A stretch of DNA of 64,000 bases from Schizochytrium sp. TIO01. Its lineage: Eukaryota > Protista > Bigyra: Labyrinthulomycetes. This document shows, in pieces, positions 42,491-56,048 of the stretch; the stretch's first letter is position 1; every line of letters begins with the position of its first letter. The position numbers and the translations under genes were made by a program. The notes beneath the pieces were generated by a model. That model was not told where the DNA came from. It was given only the letters and a program-made list of their open reading frames with translations, and searched no databases. The stretch spans positions 2,046,001 through 2,110,000 of the forward strand of contig SMSO01000033.1 of NCBI GenBank assembly GCA_004764695.1, written 5' to 3'.

Positions 42491-42849
42491 GGGATCTATC
42501 TCGTGCACGAGGACTGCGGAACTGGGAGACACACGAGCACATCTATCTATTCATCTGCCTGTCCATGCGCACCACATCTCTTTCTGTTGTGGTGCACAGC
42601 GAGATCTCGCGAGAGCCCTGCTCGAACCGCCCTCGCGCGTAGCGTGCAATTCCGCCATCCCTCCAGTAGTTCTTGCGCCTTGTCCTCAAGTCTCTATCTT
42701 CTCGCCCGGAACTCCTCGAGCGCTCATCCATCCAGCTAGTCCCGCGCATCGCGCATCCATCCTCGTGTCGCGGTGCGCCTGCTCCCAGCAGGCAGAACCC
42801 GCCCGGTTCCCAGCCCCTCCGCACAAGATACAAGATACTTGCTGCAGCT

Positions 42850-43097
42850 CCTGCCTGCCTGCCTGCCTGCTGCCCTGCTCCGCCCCTCTCCGCAGAAGCG
42901 AGCGCTCCATGCGCCATGCCTGCCTGCCTGCCTGCCTGCCTGCCCGCCTGTTCCCAAGCAACCCAAGCTCATCGCCCTCACGCACTCATCCCAAGCTCGC
43001 TTGCTCTGCCGCCTCCGCCATGCATCCTCCCCTCGCAGCTCGCTCGCCCTGCCTCGCCCTGGCCTACTCGAGCGCTCATGCTGCGCCGCCTCGCCGC

Positions 43098-43128
<31 letters not shown>

Positions 43129-43131
43129 CTG
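42850..43131. repeat. three (CCTG)n tracts in a GC-rich block
   Basis: Tracts at ~42850-42870, ~42918-42950 and ~43098-43131. Confidence 0.9.
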
Positions 43132-45315
43132 CGCAAGCCAAGCCAAGCCAGCCGCGCCGCCTGAGCCTATAGCGCCTGCGTCGCGCCTGCTCTCTCTATC
43201 TAGTGGGTCAAGAGAGAGGGCCCTCAGGGAGTGAGTGCCGCCGTGCTCTCTGCCTCGCCATAGTAGCTACCGTGCAAGCAGAGGCAGGCGGAGGAGGCCT
43301 CCTGAGATCTAAGGGGGCCCTGCTTGTCTCCTTGTCGCGCCTTCCCGTGCTTGCCGCCTTCACTCACCTGCTTGTCGCCTTGTGCTTGCTCGCCTGCTTG
43401 TTGTCTATGAGTCTGCTGCCTGCTTGCGCGCCTTTTGCGGACGGCCTCTTTTCCCGCGCCCTCTCGGGGGCCGCCGCCCCCCTCTGCGCCACTGCCCTCT
43501 GCGGCCCCCCTCCGAGAGACGGCAGGGAGGTACCCCGCGAGAGGGGGCCTCACTGATGCCGCGCAGAGGCAGTGGGGAGGGGGGGCGGCACACTCACGCC
43601 ACTGACCGATCGATGTGCAGTGGGAGATGCCGGAAACATCAGAGGGGAAAAGATTGAAAAAAAAAACAGCTAAGAGGGGCTCCACTGGAGATTGGATTTT
43701 TGAAAAATTTCTTATCCGCTAGAGGGAAGAGAGAGAGGTCCCCCTACTAACAAGGCAGGAAGGGACAAGCATGCCTAACAGTGAGGTATGTGCTGATAGC
43801 ACAATACGTGAAACAAAGGAATGAGGAAAGATACATGTAAGCCTAGTCATGTGAGGAGAATGAGAGTGATATAGAAAAAGGAGGAAATAATCCCATTAGT
43901 ATGTGAGAGGGAAAGATGCCTTTGAAACAGAGGGATTAGAGAGAGGTACAGAGAGAGCAAGAAAGGAAAAACAAATAAAAAACAAATAAAAAAGAGAATT
44001 AAGGGAAATGGGAAGAGATGATGGACTCTCTCCTCTCACTGAAAGAAGATCATGAAACGAATATACCTTGTATGTACCAACGTAAGTAATTGAAGGTGCC
44101 TGCCTGCGTGCTTGCCTGCGTGCTTGCCTGTCTTTTACCAGCTACTTACTACCTACCATGAGCAAAGCAAGCGATTAAATCATCCGAGCTAGCTTCCTTC
44201 CGCCCAGCTTTTTTGTCCAGCAAACGACAGTTATATCATCAATCAAAGTCCGCTAGAAAACTACAGGCTGGCTGCAAACAAAAAGCAGAAAACAAAAAGA
44301 AAAAGAAGAATCATCTCTTCTGCTTGAGCACGCGCGATCTTTTCTCCTTTTCTATTATTAACTGACTTGCTTCATTCATGATGATAAGCGGAGCTGATTT
44401 CGTCCAATCCTAGAGACCTGCGCAGACAGGCTCATCGGTACAAAGAAACGCGCACGACTCGACAGGACGACAGCAGAGAGTTTAGTTCGTCGAAGCGTAC
44501 GGAGGCTGTTTTCAAGCGGCGGGTGTTGATTTTTCGAATCAAATCAAGTACAAGAAGGAGAAGAAGGTACAAAGCGTAGTACAATGAAACAACGGTGCGC
44601 AGAAAGCGGAAGCCAACGAAACATCAACGATTACCAGTACTCTCAGATAGACTGGGTAGATAGGTAGGTAGGTAGGTACATGGACGGATACATTCATTCA
44701 AAGCTACCTACCTTTCCCTTCCTCCGTTGCCTTTATTTTATTAGCTCTGGCCAAAAGAGAGGTGGATCAGCTGCTCAATGATAAGAAGAAGAAGAAGAAG
44801 AAGAGAAGAAACATCATGGCGGGGAGTCTAGTGAGGAGAGCGAGCCACCTTGTCAACCCGCCTCCTCTTCCTCTCTTCCTTCTCCAGTGCATAAAACAGC
44901 AGCGCATTTGTTCAAATGCCGAGAGAGATTTCCAGAGCTTTCCCGCTCTTTCGGACTGACTTGAAGTTTCCTCTCCGTGCTAGGCAGCTCCCTCGCTAGG
45001 AGAACCTCACCATCAAGTTGTGGCAGGCGTGCTGCCGACAAGGCCCGAGTGCATCAGCGAAGAACGGAGGCAAGCGACCAGAGACTTGGCAAGATCTCAT
45101 CACTCAACAAACAAGGCAAACAAACAAGCAGCGGAAGGCAAAAACTTAGAAGAAAGAAGAGAGTGCACGTATATAGACAGATAGATAGATATACCTATCG
45201 CTACCTACCTACTTATGTCTCTAGCTAGCTAGCTAGAGATGCGCTGAGGAGAGGCGGCCAAGTCTGATAGGATGCACTACTGACTGGCTAAATACAGCCC
45301 AAGCGGTAAGCAAGC

Positions 45316-45353
45316 AAGGAAGGAAGGAAGGAAGGAAGGAAGGGAAGGAAAGG
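45316..45353. repeat. (AAGG)n microsatellite
   Basis: Visible tandem repeat. Confidence 0.9.
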
Positions 45354-45931
45354 AGCGCTTCCTAGGTAGAGAAGAAGAGAGCCAACTACGCAAGTCGCTA
45401 GGCAGTACTAGCAGATTTTGGAGAAAGATTTTGCAAAACCAGGAGAAGCCTGCCTATGTATACCTCCTTCTTATTATCGTGAATGGCCTGAAAACCATGA
45501 GTGCAAGTCATTTGAGTCTGTTGAGGGGCATATGTGATGCAGCACTGATCAAGATAACGCCGCCACTGCCTGGAGAGTGAGCTGCGCCCAGGCTTGACGC
45601 TTCCGGCCTCGGCTTTCCACTGCCTTTCTTTCAAGCAACAGCCATTCCTCTGCAGAAAAGAATGTATTCAAAAAGATCTTGCGATCCTATATTCCATCTC
45701 CAGCTCTTCTTTTAACAGGCCCCATCTTCCTGATTAGCGCACTATTTTTCCTTCCAAGGTATCGTGTTTAAGCACTCTCTAATCGCAATCACTTACTTCT
45801 AGTCGGTGCTAGGTACCCGCTATGTGAGCAACACCATAATTAGTATATTACTGCCGTCGGTGCTACTATTTCTCAAGATTGAAGGAGATGCATTAGATAA
45901 GCTGAGCGCAGTCATAATCTGTCTGAAAGGC

Positions 45932-46082
45932 TGAGTGAGTGAGTGAGTGAGTGAGGCAACTCTATATGCTAAAATGGCCCTCATGAGAGGCCGACATGAG
46001 TGAAATCAATCATCGACCAAGCCTTCAGAGTCAGTCAGTCAGTCAATCAGTCAGTTAGTCAGTCAGTTATTAGCCAGTCAGT
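45932..46082. repeat. (TGAG)n and (AGTC)n microsatellites
   Basis: Tracts at 45932-45955 and ~46029-46082. Confidence 0.88.
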
Positions 46083-47393
46083 TGATCCTTCTACAACAAT
46101 CAAACAGTCCTAGTGCGATAGCAGGCCGATCGGAGGACTAGGCTAATCTGTAAGTATGATGTTAGCCCTTGGTTAATGTGCAACGGAGGAAGGGCCGCTT
46201 AGAGAGAAATAATACTGGACAAGGAGATCAGTTGTAAAGCATAAGGACGCTACATCTTTACTTGATGCGCTCATAACTAACGAAGCATAATCAACTCCTA
46301 TCACAGCGTTGCCTCCGCAAAGAGTGAAGAACAATGAGGGAAAGAGAAAGCATGACAACAAGGTGAGACTAGTAGTCAATATGCCATTGCTAGCACACCA
46401 AACACAAGGTCCCGATAGAAGGTCCTATAGCACTACTATCCTATCAAACTGCGCGTGAACAGCGTTTCGGGTTTGCAAGCGACGATGACCTTCTCGCAAC
46501 CTCACCTTATAGGCACAAGATGACAAGGAATAAGATAAAGGACTTCGCTACACGTGTAGAAGAGAAGCCCAAGGAAGACATTGCCGCATGATATCCACAA
46601 GCAGAGCCTAAGAAGCACCGTCTTCTTCAATCAGACAGCAGAAAGATTGCCGTGCCTATGTACGAGTCTCATCTTCCCATTTCCTTACAGGTTGCTAATA
46701 TCACTGGTTCTTGTAAGAGCGGTTTGCAGAGAGCTCGCGGAAACTAAGGTGGGAGGGGGTATACGAGACTTGGTTTCGCTGTCTGCGTTGGTAAAGCAGG
46801 CGCACTGCTTCGCCAACATTAACTTTTTATAAAGAAATTTACGAAAAGAAAGAAAAAAAGACTTTCCTAAAATGGATCGAAGGCCTATACTTAGCTATTA
46901 AACAGATATCCTTCTAGTGGATCTTGTGAGGAGGGGTCTGTTTAAAGGTTGTGGTGTTGGAGAGCATAAGCTTACTTTTGAGCTTTTGATTTACCTCTGG
47001 TTAGTCTTGAAATAGTTTCTTTATTTTGATTATAAATATGTAATACTCATCGTTACACCACTGCAGCATTCTTCCTCACAGATTTCTCAGTGTAGCATCG
47101 TTAGAAATCATCTTTAAAATAAGTTCTGTACGATACAACACCACTGGATGAGGCAGTCGTAGTGGAGCTTAAAGGCCCAGAATATAGGACAAGGACCTTA
47201 TTTGATCGTCAACATTGACCATTGTTGAATAAATGCGTTCTGCAAAGTTTTCACCACTTGGAGATATAATTATTGTTGGAGGAGCTTATTTTCCCAACCA
47301 GAATTGAGCTGAGTCTTTTTGAGTGGAGATACGTGTTCATTTGGTTTTCCTCCTTCTAATGACTTCTTTTCAATTCTTATCCATTCATTTGGC

Positions 47394-47416
47394 GGGGGGG
47401 GGGGGGGGGCAGGGGG
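47394..47416 (+). repeat. G16 homopolymer followed by G5
   Basis: Directly visible in the sequence. Confidence 0.9.
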
Positions 47417-50400
47417 AAATACAATCTGCGGAGTGAAGGAAAATTGCGGCGTTATGTAAGTGTTTGCTCCAAAGCAATGTGTACATCGCAGCTGTTACGG
47501 GTTTCTTGTCAAACTTTGTGTTGCTTACGGATTCGCTGTAGATCAATGTTTTCTCACTGAGATTTCTTCATTGATTGAAGTGGAGCCGCATGACCGAACC
47601 GTTAGCTACTTGGCAGACAGTTTAACGGTTATTCATCAAAATGCTGACTGAATGTTACTTCTGAGCCACGGCGTGCTCCTTCAAGCGGTAAGGATATCTA
47701 TATTCTACGTGCAGTCCTTTACTGAGAACTTTTATTACAACCTCTGTGACCTTCAAAAATGATACTACTGATGATCATCAATTGGGTGGGCCTTTGATAT
47801 TGTGTTCCACTGACCGCTGTGGTTTCTGTTTTATAAATTTGTAAACTTTTCACCGAAGAAGAGCAAGTCATACCTAGTGATCAAACACGAGGGATCTTTT
47901 GGGTGCTTGGGCAAGCTAGTTTCTTCAGTCGTAGCTTGTGAGGAGACTGTCCATCGAATAAAAGCAGGGAATTTAGCATTCTTTCGACGCATCTCCAACA
48001 TTGCTTTTGGGATCTCCGATTTTTCCCACCCCTGTCTTGGTCAAGTATCTTCCTCATAACTATCAAGCATGGATGACTTTTCCCCAACGAAAAGCAGCAC
48101 GTGTCCGTTCGAATTGGCAGCCACAATCCGCAACGGACGGCCGTCATTCTAGTACGACTACCTTTTATGATTTCGAAGACCTGCGGACGTTTGCCTTTTT
48201 TCTGGGTGGCTTTGCAATCGAGACTTCTAAACCCTTCATGTTGCTTTATATCCACGGTGACGTTGAGGAGGCAGTGAAGTAAAGCAAATCGATGACCTGT
48301 GAGGTGAGCTTTCTAAAGCGTCCAGACATCTTTCCAGGATCGGTCGGTTTGAATGGCTGGAGCTTGCGCAAAAAAATCCACCTCTGAGAATCGGGAAAGT
48401 GATCATTGGGAGGAGATACGATCCACGACTTACGTGAATGAGTGCGGGCTGAGGCCCTCGCTGATTGGGGCGGGCTCGTCGGGGTGGGGCGTCTTCGTGA
48501 TCGGCGAACCGGAAGAAGAATCTCGTTCAACTCGTCTCTATAATTTATAATCTTTTTTCCCCCCCTTCTTTTTGAAAAAGGGAACAGATAATTATTTTTT
48601 ATTTTTTATTTTTTATTTTTTTAAGAAAATGAAAATGAAAAAAAAGAACAGTGCTTTTAGCTTTTTGACATGTTAACGAGTCCGTAGATAGACATACCCA
48701 GTATTTATTTTAATTTGTGATACTTGTTCCTTATTAATGATCGGCGCTCTTTTTTTCCTCGGAGAGAACAATTTCGAATTTTGAATTTTGAACTTTGAAC
48801 TTTGTACGATTCGAACCATTAGCCCGACCAGTGAATTGGCGCCCCAGGCAAAGACCGACTGGTTGCAATCCTTCCGTTCTCGCAAAGACCGTCTTAGTTA
48901 CCGTACGAGCGTGATCAGAGGCCGCGGGAATTTTTTGAAAAAGGGAATACTCAAATTTTGGCAACGGACGAGCCTTGTTTGCAAGAAGGCGACGACCGTT
49001 GCAAATGGGGAAAAACAGGGAAGTCGTCATGGTCCATCAGTACCTCCCACTACCATAAGCAACTGAGTTCAAAGTTCTCTTCTTCTCTTCTCTTCTTTTC
49101 GTGCGTCACCTCAATAAGTTAAGTATATTCAAGCTCCTGTCTACTAACACTGGAATGGCGAATGGGAGACTTGAACGATCAAGACGTGTCGAGGAGATTG
49201 GGGTTCATGTCATCAGCATTAGCTTCCGAGTATCCATTATCCTGAGGCGTCGATGCTCTATCTCTCAGGAATACCACTGAGGGTTTCCGGAGTGGAAATG
49301 GAAGGCCATTGCCATTTCCTTTTTAAGCATTTGCAGCATGATCAGCCTGAAAATAAAATCCGAGCCACCTGAGGGATAGAGAACATGGGCTCAAAGATGG
49401 CGTTTCTATGACCACTGCTGGTAGATAAAACTTGCAAAGATGGAGAGCCAATCCTGTGGCAGACTCCATTTATAAATTTTCCAACTGGAGGTTTAATTTA
49501 CAATTTCTGAATGGAGGCGGGAGCAACCTCAAGTTGAAGATAGCTGCAGGCACTGTGCAACGATGTGATAGTTTTTTGCAGAACTTGGGCAATGCTCCTG
49601 ATTACAAAATAAAACTTTAAAATGGAGAGACACACTCGCTAGGTGAACGGACACCTGATTCATCAGAGTACATATCTCAATGCAAAACTTTGGTGGCAGA
49701 TTTGCGTAAACAGGTACCAAGGGCAGAAAAGTCTTCTGTGTGGAAAGGAGAGGGTCATATACAGCACTTCTTGCTTTTCTTAGAACCGATGGCACAGGAA
49801 AACAAATGCTTGGTAACCTCATCCAATCAGTAAGTCGGTCAGACATAATGTCAGTCAATAATCTCGCCATCTTCTCACATCAAGAAACATGAAATGGAAA
49901 GAACGCCGTTCCGAACGGCGAAACAGAAGGTACCTACGAAGTGCTGCACGCCTATAGTGGAGGGACCCTTCATGGCAAAAACCATCTTCAGGCTTAATAG
50001 GTTATACCCACGCCCGTCGTGATTACCTCGCTAGTTGAAGGAGCCGGTAGTCTTGGGTCCCCTTTTCGAAATTCCAAGCGCCCATTTGTTTAAAAGCCGC
50101 GCTGACAATTTGGACGGTCCTCAAAGAAGAGAACACGCCTGAATAAACTTTTACATTTGTAAGAAGCGTTCTTTTTTTAAATTAAATCTGTTATTAAGTG
50201 ACAAACTTTTAGAGTTTAATAAAGACTTTATAATATTTATTTATTTTTCGAAAAGCATGCTTTTCGCTCGGCGTTCTTTTCTATTTTTATTGAAGTATAT
50301 AGATTTAATACATTTTTTTTAAAAATAGAAGTAACTCCAGCACAGGCGTCGATCTACCTTTTGTTTATTAATCTGATTTTGAAAAATATCTTGATGGAAC

Positions 50401-53400
50401 TAGAAACTTGGAACAGCCGGGATTCTTAGTTTGGGTTATCAGTAAGTTAGCCGGTTCTCATGTATGACCGGATAACCAAGTCAAGTAGGCGTCACGGCGG
50501 TGAGCAAACCTTTGAAGGCTTACCACGATATATGTCACAGAAGTAGGTCTCCGCTAGAGGACCAGTGAGCACTCATCTATTTTTTGGACTACAGAATGTT
50601 GCAAAACATTACTATCACGCAGCTGCACCGTGTGTGTAGCTGTAACCCTCTTGAAGGACCTCGGGATTGGATTCTCTGAGCTTCTTCGCGCGAGACCAAT
50701 ACGCTTAAAGAAAGACGCGGAGCAGAATATGGTACCTAGGCCACTTTTCCCAGGTCCCAGGAGTAAACTCGAAGACACTAAACAAGGACTAACAGCAACA
50801 GGATGCGTTAGAGTCGGTCAATCCTTTGAGAGATGGCCTAGCGCCATATTTGATGATCCGCAACTGCTACAGCTTTACGTTTAGATCTACGATCTATGCT
50901 TATAGAACATCATCCACCCTTTGCAAATTCTCATTGATTAAAAGCTAACACAGGGAAACTTGAGCGGATCACCACTCGCAAATTGAAGATTTAAAGAACT
51001 TATATTTGTCTGCTCGAGCTATTCTGGTCTCTTCAAACCGATACATGCTAGGAAGTAAATATCTCTGCCACAACAAAATTGATCAATACAATCTGATAAT
51101 CAGCGATCTTCGTGGAGAGGATTTGATGTGCACCTCATCTCCAAATCGCCGTCAGGTGACTTTGATAATTCACAAGCCACCGTTGCGTTTGCATACTATC
51201 AGTTGCGGGTAAAAGGTTCTACGAAAGTGCAACAAAAGAGAACCATGCTTGATTATAAAAATGAAGAGATGTGAAAAGAATTACGACTTACCCACAGGAA
51301 CAGAACTCCTCTGTCTGATGAGATTGACGACCTTGAATAAGGTGCGTAGATTTCAAAACTACACAAGCCGTGCGTCAGAATGACTGCAATTTGCTTAATA
51401 CAAGTCAATGCAGCTTATTTTCATCCCAAAGTCTCGCAGGCGTATCGTGACGCACCGATGCGTGATGGGCCTTTTCGAAAATTAGCGCGAAGTGTTGGTT
51501 TGGCGGCATGATTCGACTGATTTGGTACAACTCATATTTGATCATCTGTCTTTTAATTTGTTCCAGCAAAATAACTTTAGCAGAAACTTTTCTTTTTAAC
51601 TATTAAGAATTATTATTTTAACTAGACCTTTCTTTCTTTTAAAATAGACCTATCATAAATAAGTATATAATTTGTTTTATGGTGTTCTATTTTTCTGTTT
51701 TAAGAATATTTGGTATTTTGTTTATTGAAGTGAAAGGAGCCGTGACTGCGTTAAGAAATAATCTTTTCTTTGTATAAAACTACCTCCTTTAACTTGGTAC
51801 CCCGTGAGTCGGTAATTCGGTTCTAATGCTGCGAGAATCACGGGTGTTGCCTCGCTCATGGCTTCGTTGATCTGTAAAGGTAGAGTACCGTCTTGAACGT
51901 ACCTCCAATCTTACTCACTCTGGTGCAAGACTTAAAAAATGATGGTAATTGGTATTTTTTGGATTGATGCAACAAGGTCTTCCAATGAAGGTAGGAACCT
52001 ACATGTGTGTGAATGCAAAGTGGCAATTTTTCCTATTTCGGCAACTTACTATAGGCATGCGTCAGGACTTTGAAGTGAACCAGAGAAAGGTGTGCTCTTT
52101 TCGCGTGTTCGCGCGATACAGACATTTTAAGATCAATAGCACCTGAATAGTTGGTATACACTTGTAAGGTAGTATTATTGTTGCTCATCATAATCATACT
52201 CAGTCGCTCGCTCACAAGATTATGTCTTCTTGACGCTTCTCTGATATTGTTTATGCAGAGTTTGTGGGTGCTTGAAACTTACGAACAAACAAATGCGCGA
52301 AACAGTGCCACAAGCGTCGCAACCTCTGAGAGATCTTATCGCTAGAAATATGTTTGGGAGGCAAACACTACAGCTAGTCGCATAGCTTGCACAAAGGTAT
52401 TCATTCATATTTGCTTCACAGATTCGCATTATTTACAAGTTTGCACCTCGGGTGTGTACCTCTAAGGTTTTTGCGAAATACGAAATCGCAATTGTTTGAG
52501 ATGATAGATATCATTATTCTCAAGCCTTTGTCGCTAAAATTGTCACTGGGCGGTTGTGCAGAGTGGTTTGCTGGATCATTCGCAACCTATTTGCACTCGC
52601 AAGGATAAGCGTGTAGGTGTGTACTGAATAGCTCAGAATAGCTTTAGTTGGATTTTGATAAGGATTGGAGAGGTGAGTTGATATGAACTTCATAGAACTG
52701 AGACAACACGATTGATATATATGCCCCGATAAAAGGGAGCATAAACAACTGGAATCGAACAAGTTCAAGTTCAACATTCAACCAAGGTAGATAATACTAC
52801 GATTTCCACAATAATATGACTGTATTTATTTATTCTTTAAATAGAATTGTCCCTCTTGGTGCGAAAGGAAACGTGTAGGTAAGTATATCGAGTGAATCAA
52901 AACAATCGTTGTGGTGTTGATCAGATTTTCTACATACAAATAATTTGTTCTCAGCAGGGAGATTACTTTCAGTATCAATCACCCATACACATCCAAGTAT
53001 TGACATTTTTATAACAAAGAGACAAATAGTATTAGGCGTAACCTCAACAGCGCAATTGTCAGAATTGTCAGTAAGTAGTCCTGACTCTCGAATCAGCACG
53101 TTCTCTTGTGAGTCTCCAATATACAGCCTGAAAGGTGTGAACACGTGTGTGTGCACACGAACTCGATCAAAGCTGTGAACGTCGCGATGATGCAAAGGAG
53201 GGCCAGTGACTAAATCCTCTTGACACAAAACTATTCTGTGGGTGTGCCAAACCTCTGTCTAGATCAATTGCTAATCTGGGATTTGCGATGTGGAGTGCGC
53301 ACTTTGCTCGGCATACAACTCTAGTAGTATCTATAGAGCCTGTCTGCTCAAGACTTGGACTCAAACTCACGACTTATTGATACTTCTACTTAATACCCAC

Positions 53401-55127
53401 TATAGCATCTGTATACTCTCCTTGGGATATACTTCCTTGAGTATAATTCTTTGGGAAATAGCCGCAGTACGCTTAGATTTGATAATCTTTTTCCCTGCTG
53501 GTTTTAAAGATGCCCAAGCTAACACGAGCTCTACTAGCTTACGTATGAACTTGTTGATTCTCAGGTATCTATAGGTAGAAGGCACCAAATAGGTTGTAGG
53601 AGTAAGCAGCGAGAAGATATCAAGTCTCCAATAGCAAGAGTTTCCGATAGCGACCCGGCCTTGAGGATGAAAATTAATATGGAGTCGCCCCAGTGCACTG
53701 CACCTATATTACAGAAGTACTCTCTCTGCGACGTATTACTTATAAATTTGAACGTGCGTGTACTAGCCAGCGAGAATGCATAGCCTGCTCTACAATGTTG
53801 AAGAAGGTAAAGCAAAATGTATACACACGCCGAAGGAGGATATTTCTATTGAGAACCGAGTTTCTTGAATTTTGTGTGTGCAAATAAGCGTTCATCCTTT
53901 TGACTCGACGAAGGCTCGTACCTTCGTACCTCCCTTGAGTCCTTGACGCGACAAAACAGGACCTCATCACTATTGCACAGATTTGATGCTAATCGCAATC
54001 ATGAATGCAAGAAGTTCCTGACTGATACTACCGCTGCTTCTGCTGCTGCAAGGTGCACTGATTCGTATTGCGCCTCGTGCTTCCCAGGAAAAGAAGGAAT
54101 GTAAGACAACTTATTACTTCCGCCACCGTCGCGCCGCTTCTTGGTAGAAGTATGCTTTTGTGCATACACTTTTTCAAGTTTCTGGTTTTATCCCTTTTCA
54201 AAAACAAAAAAAAGTAAAAGAGTTTTTGAGAAAATAACAATTGTTCTTACTTATTTAATGAAGAAGAAGAAGAAAAACTTGTAGTTTCTAAATGATTTAG
54301 AAAACAAATTTAGTAGGCTTGAAAGAAAATAAATTAAAAAAATAGAACAGCAAGGTTTCTATTATTTGAAGGGGGAAAGAATACCCTTCGAAAATACATA
54401 TGAGCACTCTAGTGAAAGTGGTCGTACCTACTATTCTTACGGAGGACTCTCTGACTAACTGAACATTTACAGAGTTGTGCAAATCGTAGTGCAGTGTATT
54501 TAGAATAGTTATAAGTAGGTAGGTACACTCTCTGGGGCGTTATCAGTATGCGCGCCGACCGCTCGAATGCAGCATTGTCTACTATCATCATCTGATGGCG
54601 GAAGCTTTAAGTTGTTCCTTTCACCGCGTACGTCTCGCACACTGGTAGACAGGAAGACAGGCAGCCACGGGAGCCCTTTGAGGCGTTACATCGAAGGCAA
54701 AGTTCTGTAGGAGCACGATCGTGGATGCTCTCGAAGTGTTGATCTGCCAAAAGTTGAACATTATTTTTAGCTTCACAACGTTTTTCTTTTTGTTTTCTTT
54801 CCTGCAGCGTTCCTTTTCATTTCACTTTTATTTTTTCTTCTGATGTTCTTTTTTATGATTAAAAAGTAAAATCATCTTTTTCATTTATTTATCTCTTTGT
54901 AAGATGTTTTTTAATATTTCAAATAAAATGGGAAGCACAGAAAGGCAGTACTCGATAAAGTTCAGATCAGAACAGCAACAACTGGGCGTTCCTTTCTGTT
55001 TCGAAAGAAAGTGCTTTTGCATGCATTACCCACTCCGAAAAGAAATCCAGCGATCATGAAGAAGGGAGGAAGATGCAAATGAAAAGAATCTTTCGAACAG
55101 ATTCTCTCTGACGGAGGAAGAGCGAAG

Positions 55128-55169
55128 AAGAACAAGAACAAGAACAAGAACAAGAACAAGAACAAGAAC
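55128..55169. repeat. (AAGAAC)7 hexanucleotide repeat
   Basis: Perfect tandem repeat. Confidence 0.92.
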
Positions 55170-55199
55170 AAAAAGAAGAAGATGCCTCTTCTGATCGCC

Positions 55200-55775
55200 G
55201 ACCGCTTTCGAACTTGGAGCGCGCCGTCTTCTTCTTTAATCGACTAGCTAGCTGGCTCGACCAGTTAAACTAGTTGTCCACATGCAACAAGACGACCGCC
55301 GTCTTGGACACCAGCCACCCATTCATTCCCTGCGGATAGGGTCCGCAAGCCTCGCGCCACGAATCGCAACGACCGCGAGACGAGACAGACATCATCGTTT
55401 TCAGGATGGGTTTCGATTGGCCCCCTTCGGTGGGCGGTGCGCCAGTTGAAAGGAAATGCCTTTCGAATTTGCGTTCTGTTCTTTCATCTTTACCGGTTTA
55501 CAGCCGAATGCGACACCAACAGTAACGACGGATCTTTGTCTTTTCTCGTGACAATCCACTGCGTCGCATCACTCCAAGGCGCCGCAGAGACGGCTGGAGA
55601 GCGGCCGAAGACACATACCGAAGCACCTACTAGTTGAACGGCAGCAGCGAATCGTCCAACTTGAGCTCGCATGACCTCGGATGACATCGGTTTCATCCAT
55701 TCTTTTACTCGTGTTTGATCTTGCAATGAAATTAGCAATTCGGGTACCTGAATGAAGAGGTCCTCGAGCATGTTT
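55200..55775 (+). ncRNA. candidate structured RNA segment of unknown family
   Basis: About ten adjacent or nested stems found by eye, including a cUUCGg loop. No known RNA family recognised. Confidence 0.25.
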
Positions 55776-56048
55776 TCTTTTCGGTTATGAGCAAAAAGCG
55801 AAAAGGCATGGACAGCTTACCACAAACTGACACAATCTTGCTTGGATTTGTACCCGTTGAAGTTGATTGCAGCTCCCAGCAAGTCAACCTTTAGGCAGAG
55901 ATCAACGAGGCCTTGAGCTTTTACCCAAGCCGCTAAACTGCTAGAGCTCCCCGCTCACGCCTGACTGGCGAGAGAGGGCGGCAGTACAGCAGCTCTGCTC
56001 CATTTGTCCCACTGTGGAACACAGTGCCTGTTCTGTTCTGCTTGCCGC

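Noticed and set aside
42113-43685. Overlapping 100-260 aa ORFs on both strands
   Set aside because: They are products of stop-free microsatellites and high GC (PACL, GRQA, ERER repeats).
48808-48817. GGTTCGAATC (minus strand), a tRNA T-loop-like motif
   Set aside because: The flanks do not form a T stem and no cloverleaf can be built.
53440-53463. GYFPKNYT, resembling an SH3 C-terminal motif
   Set aside because: There is an in-frame stop just upstream and no other SH3 features. Likely chance.
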